From contig JAISXO010000034.1 in NCBI GenBank assembly GCA_031270475.1, positions 29,491-93,490 on the forward strand: a stretch of 64,000 nucleotides of DNA. The letters run 5' to 3'. The stretch comes from Puniceicoccales bacterium (GTDB lineage: Bacteria; Verrucomicrobiota; Verrucomicrobiia; Opitutales; LL51). Within the stretch, counting starts at the first letter, position 1. Each line of letters opens with the position of its first letter. Positions 27,810 to 37,335 of this stretch are shown here, piece by piece. The translations under genes and the position numbers were made by a program. The notes below the pieces were generated by a model. The model worked only from the letters and a program-made list of their open reading frames with translations, did no database searches and was not told the origin of the DNA.

Positions 27810-29081
27810 TTACGAAGAAAACCCTATTTTTTTCGAACCGACAAATTCTTGTAAAACTTCCGGTAAAAGTACGTTGCCATCCGCTTGGAGATTATTTTCT
27901 AAAATCGCTGCCAGAACGCGCGGTACGGCCAATCCCGAACCGTTGAGCGTGTGAACAAAGGTCGATTTCCCTGTTTTTTCGCGAAATTTAATCCCAGCGC
28001 GCCGTGCTTGAAAGTCCGTAAAATTACTGCAGCTGGAGACCTCGAGCCAGCGTTTCTGCCCTCCGGACCAGACCTCCAAATCGTACTGTTTGCTGTGTGA
28101 AAACCCGATGTCGCCGGTGCAAATGGAGAGCACGCGGTAAGGGAGATTCAATTTTTGGAGCAATTTTTCCGCATCGCGACGCAACTTTTCGAGTTCGGCG
28201 AAACTCTGATCGGGATGGGTCCACTTGACGAGCTCCACTTTATCGAACTGATGCAGGCGATTCAATCCGCGGACATCCTTGCCCCAACTCCCCGCTTCTC
28301 GGCGGAAACAGGGTGTGTAGCCGCAGCGATAAACGGGCAGCTCCGATTCCTCGAAAATTTCATCGCGGAAAAAATTCGTTACGGGGACTTCCGCCGTCGG
28401 AATCATGTAAAAATCGTCCGCTGCGTCGTGGTACATTTGGCCCTCCTTGTCGGGAAGTTGGCCGGTTGCGGTCGCGCTTTCGGCATTGACCATGATCGGC
28501 GCCATAAACTCGGTGTAGCCGTTGGCCTTGGCTTCATTGAGGAAAAATGTCACCAGGGCGCGTACGATGCGGGCGCCATCGCCGATGTAAAACGGGAAGC
28601 CGGCGCCGGTCACTTTGACGCCCCGCGGAAAATCGATCAGCCGGTTGAACCATGGAATATCGTAGTGCGGAACGGCGTTTTTGGAAATTTTTTCGATATC
28701 GCTCCAGGTTGTGACCGTCTGGTTATCATCCGCGTTTTTGCCGATTGGCACAGATTCGTGGGGCACATTGGGGATACTGAGGTAAAGCGCCTTCCATTTT
28801 TCTTCGATGGTTGCGAGTTGGCCATCGAGCGCCTTCGCTTCATCGGCGAACGTTCGCAGTTCAGCGATTTTCGTTTGAAATTCGGGCGATTTTTTATCGA
28901 GATTTTTGACGGTATCGTTGGCATTATTTTGTCGAGATTTCATTGATTCCAAGCGAGTAATGAGGTCGCGTCGTTCGCCATCGACAGCGAGGAAGGCATC
29001 GAGGTCGCAAGTGAATTTCTTTTTAGCGATTCCGGTTCGCACCTCGTCGCTATGTTCGCGGATAAATTTCAGATCTAACAT
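27810..29081 (-). CDS. serS: seryl-tRNA synthetase
   Basis: 423 aa. MLDLKFIREH start, coiled-coil arm, and class II motifs (...FRREAGS..., GSGLAVPR). Confidence 0.95.
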   Translation of the reverse strand: MLDLKFIREHSDEVRTGIAKKKFTCDLDAFLAVDGERRDLITRLESMKSRQNNANDTVKNLDKKSPEFQTKIAELRTFADEAKALDGQLATIEEKWKALYLSIPNVPHESVPIGKNADDNQTVTTWSDIEKISKNAVPHYDIPWFNRLIDFPRGVKVTGAGFPFYIGDGARIVRALVTFFLNEAKANGYTEFMAPIMVNAESATATGQLPDKEGQMYHDAADDFYMIPTAEVPVTNFFRDEIFEESELPVYRCGYTPCFRREAGSWGKDVRGLNRLHQFDKVELVKWTHPDQSFAELEKLRRDAEKLLQKLNLPYRVLSICTGDIGFSHSKQYDLEVWSGGQKRWLEVSSCSNFTDFQARRAGIKFREKTGKSTFVHTLNGSGLAVPRVLAAILENNLQADGNVLLPEVLQEFVGSKKIGFSS

Positions 29082-29087
29082 AATTTT

Positions 29088-29505
29088 AACTTTCCATTAA
29101 ATTTATTTATTTATTTTGTTTTTGGCGCCGAGTTTTTGGAGATCGTCGCATTGGGAGAAAAGGCCGCCGCGGCCGTTAATTTTCGGAATAATTTTATCAT
29201 CAAACTGCTCGTGCACCTTGCCAAAGAGCTTGTACAGTTCGCGCAATTCGTCAAGCAATCCACAAAATTTATCGTACAATTTTCCACTGAGGCCGGGTCA
29301 ACTTTCCATTAAATTTTCTTTTTTAATTGATTTTTTATTTTTGGCGCCGAGTTTTTGGAGATCGTCGCATTGGGAGAGAAGGCCGCCGCGGCCGTTGATT
29401 TTCGGAATAATTTTATCATCAAACTGCTCGTGCACCTTGCCAAAGAGCTTGTACAGTTCGCGCAATTCGTCAAGCAATCCACAAAATTTATCGTACAATT
29501 TTCCG
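29088..29505. repeat. tandem duplication, 2 x ~212-219 bp, covering the rmuC 3' end and the rmuC-serS junction
   Basis: 29088-29299 and 29300-~29505 are near-identical apart from an AT-rich indel patch. Both copies end (minus strand) with ...TTAATGGAAAGTT(A/G)A, encoding LMES-stop. Confidence 0.9.
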
Positions 29506-30608
29506 CCGCGATCGGCAATTTCCTGTGCATTGAGGTTTTGTTTTTCGACCTGCCAAATCGCTTGAATCAGTCTCAGTGTCAAAAATAGCGTGGAAGGATA
29601 AACAATAATTACATTTTTCTGACGAGCGTATTCACAGATATCTTTTTTATGGGCCGAGGGATTGGAGACGACGCTCGCGTAGGCCGATTCGATGGGTAAA
29701 AACATCAGTAAAAATGGGCAAATATCGATGGCATTTTTAATTTGGTGGTATTTGGCTACTTCGTCGATGTGTTTTTGAATGGAGGCAATATGTTGCTGGA
29801 AAAACCGTTCCCGTTCCTGGGGGTCGGGGGTATTGACCATGCGTTCGTAGGCGGAAAGGGAGACCTTTGCATCGATCAAAATCCACTGATTGCGCGGGAG
29901 TTTGATGAGGAAATCCGGTCGAGCGGCTCCGTCATCGATCTTCAATTCGAGCCCCCTCCCTTGCTTGACATAGTCGCCATTTTCTTCAGATAGCCCGGCC
30001 TGCTCGAGGAGATTTTCCAGTTGAACCTCGCCCCAATCTCCCTGAATCTTCGCGTTATTGCGCAGGGCATTGGTCAAATTTTCGGCTTCGTTATGCATTT
30101 TTTCCACGCTGTCGAGGAGCGATTTGAGGTGGATCGACAGTTCCGTGCGCGATTTTGTTTCCGGAGAGAAAATTTCGGTTTTGAAGGTAGAGAATTCTTT
30201 TTGGAGATCGACGATAAGGTGGCCGATTTCCTTTTGTGTCTCCTCGGAAAATTTTTGTTTTTTGGCTTCTAGAATTTCCTGGGAGAGGCTGGAGAGCTCG
30301 AGTTTGAGTTGCTCTCGATGTTTGAGGATTTCGCTACGAGCGGTTTCGATAGCAATTTTTTCACCGGAGAGCCGTTGAAAATTTTCAAAAAGCTGATTGA
30401 ATTCCTGAGTTTTCTGTAAAAACTGCGCTTCAATGGCGGATAATCTCCCTTGTAATTCGGCCTTTTGCGTGGCGATTTCGGTGAAGCGCTCTTGGATATC
30501 CTTGAGTTGTGCAGCCAATGCGTTACATTCACTGCGATATTTATTAGCAAAATAGCAGATAATTCCTAGGAAAAACCCACAAGAAATAAGACACAGCGCA
30601 ATGATCAT
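29298..30608 (-). CDS. rmuC: DNA recombination protein RmuC
   Basis: 436 aa. N-terminal TM helix, long coiled coil, and RmuC nuclease-like C-domain (RPDFLIKLP..., IDAKVSL). Confidence 0.9.
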   Translation of the reverse strand: MIIALCLISCGFFLGIICYFANKYRSECNALAAQLKDIQERFTEIATQKAELQGRLSAIEAQFLQKTQEFNQLFENFQRLSGEKIAIETARSEILKHREQLKLELSSLSQEILEAKKQKFSEETQKEIGHLIVDLQKEFSTFKTEIFSPETKSRTELSIHLKSLLDSVEKMHNEAENLTNALRNNAKIQGDWGEVQLENLLEQAGLSEENGDYVKQGRGLELKIDDGAARPDFLIKLPRNQWILIDAKVSLSAYERMVNTPDPQERERFFQQHIASIQKHIDEVAKYHQIKNAIDICPFLLMFLPIESAYASVVSNPSAHKKDICEYARQKNVIIVYPSTLFLTLRLIQAIWQVEKQNLNAQEIADRGGKLYDKFCGLLDELRELYKLFGKVHEQFDDKIIPKINGRGGLLSQCDDLQKLGAKNKKSIKKENLMES

Positions 30609-30935
30609 GACAAAATATTATCTAAACCGCCAAAGAAATTTATTCAAATCCAAAAAATTTCCCCCAAAAAAGCTTGACATTAATTAAAAGCGCTGAAATA
30701 CTTGCTGCCAAGCGCTCTTGGATATCCTTGAGTTGTGCAGCCAATGCGTTACATTCACTGCGATATTTATTAGCAAAATAGCAGATAATTCCTAGGAAAA
30801 ACCCACAAAAAATAAGACACAGCACAATGATCATGACAAAATATTATCTAAACCGCCAAAGAAAATTATTCAAATCTAAAAAAAAATCCCAAAAAAGCTT
30901 GACATTAATTAAAAGCGCTGAAATACTCGCTACCA
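30484..30935. repeat. tandem duplication, 2 x 226 bp, covering the rmuC 5' end and the divergent promoter region
   Basis: 30484-30709 and 30710-30935 are near-identical. ORF 30640..30834(-) is the decoy rmuC 5' fragment; its first 41 aa match RmuC closely. Confidence 0.9.
30899..30927 (+). promoter_or_regulatory. candidate sigma70-type promoter (a duplicate sits at ~30673-30701)
   Basis: aaaaaagcTTGACA (30899-30904), 17 nt, AATACT (30922-30927). Lies 11 nt upstream of ATG 30938. Confidence 0.5.
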
Positions 30936-30937
30936 TT

Positions 30938-32344
30938 ATGTTAAATAATAGATTAGTAAAATTGAGAGTGTTCGCCCTGAGTTTATTAGCGGGAGCGAGT
31001 TGTAATGGGGCGATGGCTTCTGAAAAAAGCTTGTTGACACAAGTGCAGGAGAACATTGAAATTTGGCAATCGCCAGAGGCTCTTCCCGAGGATAAAGCGC
31101 AGGCTAAAGATTTTTTGGCATCGCATGAAATCGAGGCCGACGATATTTATAGACCAGAAGATGTAAGGCGTGCTTGGGAGCCCAAATTCACATCGCTAAC
31201 GCGGAATGTCGTTCGCACGAATTCACTTAAATTAGAAAATGGATATCACTTGCCCATGATTGGAACGGGAACTTTGGTTGACGTAGGCATTTCAGGATTG
31301 GAGGGAAGAACTGTCATAACCTGTGCCCATTGTTGTGGATTTGATGATACCGTAGATAGCTTAGCTGCAATGACTAGGATCGATAACAATGGAGATGGCG
31401 CCGGTGTAATCCGCACGTACTATCTTGAGGGTGGCCCGTTTTCCCGTATGAGATCCAATAAATATGTTTCCATAACGTCGGAAATTGAGCAGACGTCCGC
31501 GCCGCTTCCCATATGCAATACACTAGATGATTTTAAGGCAGCGTTGACCAATGGATCGGCCTATGCCATCGAAGGTGCGTACTTTTTTGCGACCACGTCG
31601 AGTAAAATGAAAATAATACAAGCAGATGCAGATGGAAATCCATTATATGAACGCGATGCAGATGGGAACATAATATATGAACTAGATGTGCGATTTTTGG
31701 ACATTGCCATAGCCATATTGAGAAAGCCGATAACACGTAATGGTAAGATTGTTTCCGGATTTCCGTTTGCGCAACTGAATGTTGCTAACACTGAGATACT
31801 CAAGGAAATTACGATACTATGTAAACATGAGGACGGTAAGCCGGACACGTTCGAACGACAAGAGGTACAAGGGCATATTTTAGGTATAAACCCAGCTAAT
31901 CCAGCGCTTATCGTAGGATATGGCTTAACGGGATGTGTGAGTTTAATGCTTGATTACGCCATTAATCAAAATTTGGAGCAAGCTGTAGAACAAAATAGAT
32001 TGCCAGAAAGACAACGGTTGCTCAATTTATTGGGATGGAATACAAAAAAAGCAATTTGTTTGAATGGTGTGGATACAACTTACAGGAATTGCCTAGGATG
32101 TTGTTGCCGGCCTAATGATAGGCCTGGTGTGAAAGCATACTTTCCTGCCGAATTGAAATTAGAAGAATGCTATTCTGTTTACAAGGCCAATGGTGGGTTC
32201 AGCGGAAGTTTAATCTTGGATCAAAAAATGAACACTGACGGCAGTTGGAATGTAATCGGGATATTTGGTGGTTCTACATGGACCGATCAATTGCGAAATG
32301 CAGTTTATCAAGCAGCGGAGCATTATGCTAGGATTGCGCAATAA
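30938..32344 (+). CDS. secreted trypsin-like (chymotrypsin-fold) serine protease candidate
   Basis: The internal ATG of ORF 30827..32344 gives MLNNRLVKLRVFALSLLAGASCNGAMA (signal peptide). TCAHC (His region) and NGGFSGS (Ser region) fit an S1-type fold. The upstream part of the ORF lies in the duplicated rmuC/promoter repeat. Confidence 0.5.
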   Translation: MLNNRLVKLRVFALSLLAGASCNGAMASEKSLLTQVQENIEIWQSPEALPEDKAQAKDFLASHEIEADDIYRPEDVRRAWEPKFTSLTRNVVRTNSLKLENGYHLPMIGTGTLVDVGISGLEGRTVITCAHCCGFDDTVDSLAAMTRIDNNGDGAGVIRTYYLEGGPFSRMRSNKYVSITSEIEQTSAPLPICNTLDDFKAALTNGSAYAIEGAYFFATTSSKMKIIQADADGNPLYERDADGNIIYELDVRFLDIAIAILRKPITRNGKIVSGFPFAQLNVANTEILKEITILCKHEDGKPDTFERQEVQGHILGINPANPALIVGYGLTGCVSLMLDYAINQNLEQAVEQNRLPERQRLLNLLGWNTKKAICLNGVDTTYRNCLGCCCRPNDRPGVKAYFPAELKLEECYSVYKANGGFSGSLILDQKMNTDGSWNVIGIFGGSTWTDQLRNAVYQAAEHYARIAQ

Positions 32345-32417
32345 TGTACTGCTAAATGAAATTAATGTTGACCTATGGCAATGGCAGTATTTTGTTAAGT
32401 TATATATACTTTTTTTA

Positions 32418-33455
32418 TTATTCCTTAAAGTCTTTTGGCAATAATTTGCCAAGTTTTTTCAGAATTTCTGGAAGTTTGGCGAGGCTGGCGAGCCGTCGAG
32501 CGGCATCCTTGTAGAGTGCCGCCGGCGATCCCAGTAGAAAGGAATTGGGGTCCGTATTTTTGGTTACGCCTGATTGGGCGCCGATTTTGGTACCGTCGCC
32601 GATGTGTAGATGGCCGACAATGCCTACCTGGCCGCCGATCGTAACATTGTCGCCCACGGTTACACTTCCCGCGATACCAACTTGTGCAACAATAATACAA
32701 TTTTTACCAATTTTAACATTGTGGCCGATCTGAACGAGGTTATCGATCTTCGTTCCCCGGCCGATAATCGTCGAAGCAAAGCGGGCGCGATCGACGGTGG
32801 TATTGGCGCCGATATCGACATAATCCTCGAGAATCACATTGCCGATTTGGGGAATTTTTTCGTAGTGGCCGTCAACCGCTCCAAAACCGAAGCCGTCGGA
32901 CCCAATAATGACGCCGGAATGTAAAACGACATGATGCCCAATTTCCGAAAAGGACATGATCGATACGTTAGGAAAAATTTTTACATCGTGGCCGAGCGAT
33001 GCGTATCTTTCGATGACCGTTCCGGCACCAATCACCGTATTTTTACCGATCGAAACGTGCTCCTCGATAACAACATGGGCGCCAATGGAGACGTTTGGCG
33101 CCAGTTTAGCCGTGGAGTGAATGACAGCCGAAGGATGAATTTCGCGGTGAATTTCCTGGACGTTGCGTTTTTCGATATGTTGACAAATTTTTGCCAAAGA
33201 GATTGATGGATTTTCGCAGAAAAAAATAACCTGATTGGCTACCGGAGTGTAATCAAAATTTTCCGGAAGAAGTAGGAGCGAGGCCTCCGAAGTGGCGACA
33301 TCGCGCGCATATTTAGGGTTGGCAAGAAAGGAAAGCGCACCAATTTTGGCTTCCCGAAGTGAAGCAATTTGTGTAATATCCCCCGTAAAAATTCCGTGAA
33401 TATGTTTGGGGATAACGATGGATTGAAGCTCTTCGATCGAAAATTGAAACTGCAC
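32418..33455 (-). CDS. lpxD: UDP-3-O-acylglucosamine N-acyltransferase
   Basis: Left-handed beta-helix hexapeptide repeats. FLANPKYARD N-domain. ORF 32418..33683 overlaps ispG; the in-frame GTG at 33455 gives a typical 346-aa LpxD. Confidence 0.85.
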   Translation of the reverse strand: MQFQFSIEELQSIVIPKHIHGIFTGDITQIASLREAKIGALSFLANPKYARDVATSEASLLLLPENFDYTPVANQVIFFCENPSISLAKICQHIEKRNVQEIHREIHPSAVIHSTAKLAPNVSIGAHVVIEEHVSIGKNTVIGAGTVIERYASLGHDVKIFPNVSIMSFSEIGHHVVLHSGVIIGSDGFGFGAVDGHYEKIPQIGNVILEDYVDIGANTTVDRARFASTIIGRGTKIDNLVQIGHNVKIGKNCIIVAQVGIAGSVTVGDNVTIGGQVGIVGHLHIGDGTKIGAQSGVTKNTDPNSFLLGSPAALYKDAARRLASLAKLPEILKKLGKLLPKDFKE

Positions 33456-33525
33456 AGTAGAATTATTTTTTTTCCGAAAACGACTGTCAAATAAAAAAGG
33501 ATTAATATTTTCGCGAGGGAAAATT

Positions 33526-34611
33526 TTATTCCTTACAACTTTCGATGAGTTCAAGCAATTCTGCAACAGCAGTTTGCTCGGAAATATTGGTTTTAACGCA
33601 CAGGCCCCGGCGATATAAATTGACCTTCCCAGGGCCGGCTCCCACATAGCCGAAATCGGCGTCGCCCATTTCGCCAATGCCATTTACAATGCAGCCCATG
33701 ACCGCAATTTTTATGCCATTCAAATGCGCTGTTTTTATTTTAATTTCATTGAAAATTCGCTGAATATCGAATTGGGTACGGCTGCAGGAGGGACAGGCGA
33801 CGTACTCAACATGGCTAAACCGTCGACCGCAGGCCTGCAAAATGTCGTAGGCAACCGCGATTTCATGGGCTGGATCCTCCGTCAGCGACACGCGAATCGT
33901 ATCGCCGATGCCGTCAAGTAACAGGCTGCCGATGCCGATGGCGCCCTTTACGCGGCCATAATTTTCATTTCCCGCCTCCGTTACGCCCAGGTGCAGCGGA
34001 AAATTAAAGCCCAATTGGTCAAGTTTTGGTAAAATATCGCGATGGGCCTTGACCATTTTATTGACATCGCTCGATTTAAACGAAAGGACGATATAGGTAA
34101 AATTTTCTTCGGCGGCGATTTGAAGGAAAGGAAGGACGCTCCGATACATACTTTCGGCGGTGTCGCCGTATTGCGTCAAAATATTTTTCCTCAAAGATCC
34201 GCGATTGACACCAATACGCATTGCTTTGCCTTCTTTTTTTACGGATTTGACAAATTGGCGAAAAAGGTCGAAATTTTCGCTAAAATTGCCGGGATTGATG
34301 CGAATTTTGTCAGCGTAAGGGACGCACGCCATCGCAATCAACGGGGAAAAGTGGGTATCGGCGACAAGCGGAATGTCAATTTTATCATTTTTTAGCTGTA
34401 TTTTAATATGGTGGAGCGCATCAACGGCTTCGAAATTGGAGACTGCGACGCGAACAATTTCGCAGTGTGCCTCATGAAGTCGGCGAATTTGATTAACCGT
34501 TGCCGCAATGTTGTCGGTCGGCGTATTGGTCATCGACTGCACGCGAATAGGATAACCGCCGCCAATCGATAGATTGCCGATGGGAACAACACGCGCTGGC
34601 CGTCGAAGCAT
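33526..34611 (-). CDS. ispG: 4-hydroxy-3-methylbut-2-en-1-yl diphosphate synthase
   Basis: 361 aa. IGGGYPIRVQSMTNT signature and C-terminal CPSCSRT / GCIVNGIGE cluster motifs. Confidence 0.95.
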   Translation of the reverse strand: MLRRPARVVPIGNLSIGGGYPIRVQSMTNTPTDNIAATVNQIRRLHEAHCEIVRVAVSNFEAVDALHHIKIQLKNDKIDIPLVADTHFSPLIAMACVPYADKIRINPGNFSENFDLFRQFVKSVKKEGKAMRIGVNRGSLRKNILTQYGDTAESMYRSVLPFLQIAAEENFTYIVLSFKSSDVNKMVKAHRDILPKLDQLGFNFPLHLGVTEAGNENYGRVKGAIGIGSLLLDGIGDTIRVSLTEDPAHEIAVAYDILQACGRRFSHVEYVACPSCSRTQFDIQRIFNEIKIKTAHLNGIKIAVMGCIVNGIGEMGDADFGYVGAGPGKVNLYRRGLCVKTNISEQTAVAELLELIESCKE

Positions 34612-34820
34612 TTTTTCTCAGATCAATAAATTATATCCGCAAAATTTATCAAGAAAGATAGGCCGTCGATTTGCAATTTTCTATGACATTCATATTTATT
34701 TTATATTTTTAGGCGAAATTTACGAACAATTTTTCCAAAATGCTTCCAAGGGTATTGTCATTTAATATTTCGTCTTTAGAAAAGCGTTATTTTCTCTGGT
34801 ATAATCCCTAGCCACCTAAC

Positions 34821-34915
34821 TTCTTTCAATGTATTGTAAAGCGCCAGAGATAGACGAATCGTTCCGCCAATGCCGAGCGCATGCATCAACGAATTACGCA
34901 TAGTGATATCCGGTG
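34821..34915 (-). pseudogene. displaced partial copy of the sufS 3' region
   Basis: 34821-34915 matches sufS 35077-35172 with an offset of 256 bp. The first ~80 bp are highly similar by eye and the rest is weaker. It lies beyond the sufS stop codon. Confidence 0.75.
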
Positions 34916-35010
34916 TTTTCGGTCACTCAAAGTTTTTTAAATGGAATTCACGGAGAATAAAATTGCTAGAAAATTAAATCGAACGTGGGCGATAGGCGGG
35001 CGGTGCATTG

Positions 35011-36234
35011 TTATCGATGGGAATTTTTCTTAAAAATATGGATAATTTTGTCCATGGCAGTGACCAGTTGCTCAATTTCTTCCAATGTGTTGTAAGGCGC
35101 CAGAGATAGACGAACCGTTCCGCCAATGCCGAGCGCATGCATCAACGGTTGCGCACAGTGATGCCCGGCTCGTACCGCAATTCCCTCGCTATCAAATATA
35201 CTGGCCACATCGTGGGGATGCGCGGATCGATGAATGAATGAAATAATTCCCGTTCGCTGATTGTTCGGCTTGAGAACCTCAATGGACGAATTTTGTCCCA
35301 AAATTTCCAAAACATGCCCCTTGAGTCCCTCGCCATATCTTTGTGCCTCAATCCAATCTATCTTCCCGAGAAATCGAATCGCTTCCCGTAGCCCCGTAAC
35401 TCCAACAACATTCGGCGTACCTGCTTCAAAACGAGTAGGAATCTCGCGGAATAAGGCCGGTTGATCGAAGGCTACGCGATCGACAATCCCTCCGCCTAAG
35501 TGGTACGGCTGAAAATGCTCCAGGTGTTCGGCGCGGCCATAGAGAAATCCAATTCCCATCGGCCCAAAAGCCTTGTGCGCGGAAGTTGCAAAGAAATCAC
35601 ACTCCATCTCCCGTACATCAATCGGTCCGTGTCCCAATGATTGCGCGCCATCGACGATGCAAAGCGCTCCAACCCTATGCGCCATCTGGGCAATTTTTTT
35701 TATCGGATTAATCGTCCCTAAAACGTTTCCAATGTGCGCAATGGAAACAATCCGCGTGCGCTCCGAAAGCTTGTGCCCAAAATCATTCCCGTCGAAATCG
35801 CCCGCTTCCGTCATCGATACAATGCGAATCGTCGCCCTAAGCCGCTGCCATGGAAGAATATTAGCGTGGTGTTCCTGGACAAATAAAATAATTTCATCTT
35901 CCGTTGTGAGAGATGCGAATTGGGATGCTAGAAAATTGATGCCTTCCGTCGTCCCCGAATTGAGAATGATTTCCCGTGGCTCGCGAGCGTTGATCCAATG
36001 GGCGATTTCTCGGCGTGTAGACTCGTAAATTTCCTCGGCCTTCGCACTGAGATCATATATCCCGCGGTGGACGTTAGCGTTAGTTGTGCGCAGATGGTAG
36101 GCCATTGCTCCGATGACACGCTCCGGTAATTGAGTTGTGGCCGCGTTATCGAAGTAAATCAGAGGCTTTTCAAAACGATTGTGACCACTTAAGATCGGGA
36201 ATTCCTGGCGAAAGGCGTGAACATCGAAACTCAT
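35011..36234 (-). CDS. sufS: cysteine desulfurase (SufS/CsdA class V aminotransferase)
   Basis: 407 aa. HHANILPWQ, SAHKAFGPMGIG (PLP lysine) and RAGHHCAQP motifs. Confidence 0.9.
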   Translation of the reverse strand: MSFDVHAFRQEFPILSGHNRFEKPLIYFDNAATTQLPERVIGAMAYHLRTTNANVHRGIYDLSAKAEEIYESTRREIAHWINAREPREIILNSGTTEGINFLASQFASLTTEDEIILFVQEHHANILPWQRLRATIRIVSMTEAGDFDGNDFGHKLSERTRIVSIAHIGNVLGTINPIKKIAQMAHRVGALCIVDGAQSLGHGPIDVREMECDFFATSAHKAFGPMGIGFLYGRAEHLEHFQPYHLGGGIVDRVAFDQPALFREIPTRFEAGTPNVVGVTGLREAIRFLGKIDWIEAQRYGEGLKGHVLEILGQNSSIEVLKPNNQRTGIISFIHRSAHPHDVASIFDSEGIAVRAGHHCAQPLMHALGIGGTVRLSLAPYNTLEEIEQLVTAMDKIIHIFKKNSHR

Positions 36235-36366
36235 AGCGAGATTTGTCTAGCCCTTTAGAATTTTTTACCGTTGTCAAGCTTTTTTATTTTTTAGTGTTAT
36301 TCCCGTGGATGAATTCCCATCCCGAAGATATGATAAATAACAGTTCAGTGTGTGGCGGAAAATTTT

Positions 36367-36426
36367 ACGCGCCGCTTGCTCCCACCCTCTACCTTCCAGT
36401 CTTGAAAGAATTTCAGGACCTATCAA
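36367..36426 (-). promoter_or_regulatory. promoter-like module with conserved motif (faces sufS)
   Basis: The minus strand reads CTTGATA (36426-36421), 17 nt, AAGACT, 5 nt, GTAGAGGGTGGGAGCAAGCGGCGCGT. Lies 133 nt upstream of the sufS ATG. Confidence 0.55.
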
Positions 36427-36478
36427 GTCGTTTCTGAAAAGATAATTTTCAAAAATAAAAATATTTTGTATTTTCTTC

Positions 36479-36506
36479 TTGACATAATTCATAAAATCGC
36501 GACAAT
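36479..36506 (+). promoter_or_regulatory. candidate promoter of the pilin-like gene
   Basis: TTGACA (36479-36484), 16 nt, GACAAT (36501-36506). Divergent from the module at 36367-36426. Confidence 0.45.
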
Positions 36507-36628
36507 CGCTTCATGATTGATTTGCAAAGCAACAAAGCGTAAAAAGTAAAAGTAAATCTTTTACGTTAGTTGAGATTGTTTTTACTATTGCCATCATCGG
36601 CATTTTACTAGCCATTCTTCCGCCGGCA

Positions 36629-37330
36629 ATGAGTGCCATCAAACTCGGCGCACAAAAGGCAAAGGATCAATCCAACTTGCAAAAAATTGCCGAAGCTTGG
36701 CGCGGAGCCGTGATCGATCGCGGCTGGATAATCGATGGTGAAAGTGGCGGAAATATAAAATCTACCGATTTTGCAGAGCAATTGGCCGGACGAGATAATG
36801 GGAAAAGTATCTCGGATATGATTTTGAATGATCCCTATGTTTGGATTTCTCCAGGCGATAAATATGCCTCAAGAATTCAAAAAGAATCACTTTGTATTTT
36901 AGTGGATGATTCTGTCCGATTCGCTGACGCTTTTATGGAAGTTAATGGCAATTTTATGGTCTCGGGAAAATACCTACTTAGTTATTGCATCGTATGTAGG
37001 TTGCCCGGGAATGTTCCTCTCGATACGACGCCGCTCGGTTTTACGCGTGGACTTAACAAAAATGGAAAGTGGGATGAAAAAGCTAGCCTATATGGCTCGA
37101 AGGGCGGCTATGTCGTTTTCTGCGATGGTCACGTCGCGTGGTTTGACGGCAGTAAGCCAGCACGATTCTTGAAATGGGGTGGGTCGGGTGTTACACGACT
37201 GATATTTGTGAAGCAGTTCCTGGTGGCACTTGGATTACATGTGCCCACGATTATGATAGAATTCAAGCAGCTTACTGGGGCGAAGATGCTAAAGCCATCC
37301 TCAGTTCCGCCGGTATCGGTTGATGATTGA
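36629..37330 (+). CDS. prepilin-type / H-X9-DG family protein (N-terminus apparently frameshifted)
   Basis: C-terminal DGHVAWFDG fits H-X9-DG. In-frame upstream sequence (36560-36628) encodes SFTLVEIVFTIAIIGILLAILPPA but has no in-frame start. The ATG at 36513 is in another frame and stops at 36540. Confidence 0.6.
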   Translation: MSAIKLGAQKAKDQSNLQKIAEAWRGAVIDRGWIIDGESGGNIKSTDFAEQLAGRDNGKSISDMILNDPYVWISPGDKYASRIQKESLCILVDDSVRFADAFMEVNGNFMVSGKYLLSYCIVCRLPGNVPLDTTPLGFTRGLNKNGKWDEKASLYGSKGGYVVFCDGHVAWFDGSKPARFLKWGGSGVTRLIFVKQFLVALGLHVPTIMIEFKQLTGAKMLKPSSVPPVSVDD

Positions 37331-37335
37331 AAATT

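Noticed and set aside
28155-28946. Long antisense ORFs inside well-supported genes: 28155..28946(+) in serS, 54090..54752(+) and 55148..55882(-) in recD2, 35573..36028(+) in sufS, 25354..25842(+) in murF, and 23069..23533(+) in the autotransporter.
   Set aside because: Each lies wholly within a confidently identified gene on the other strand or frame. Each has atypical composition and no recognisable motifs, so they are typical shadow ORFs.
29088-29505. Considered a diversity-generating retroelement (template/variable repeat pair), because the duplications sit at the 3' ends of genes.
   Set aside because: Differences between copies are few and not confined to adenine positions (for example A/G and C/T changes in both directions). 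No reverse transcriptase gene is in the window, and 5' ends are duplicated as well.
29116-29565. 149-aa plus-strand ORF with an internally repeated sequence (FLAPSFWRSSHWE...), which looks like a repeat protein.
   Set aside because: It is antisense to rmuC, and its internal repeat is just the 219-bp tandem duplication read in a non-coding frame. Its composition is Ser/Pro/Leu-rich junk.
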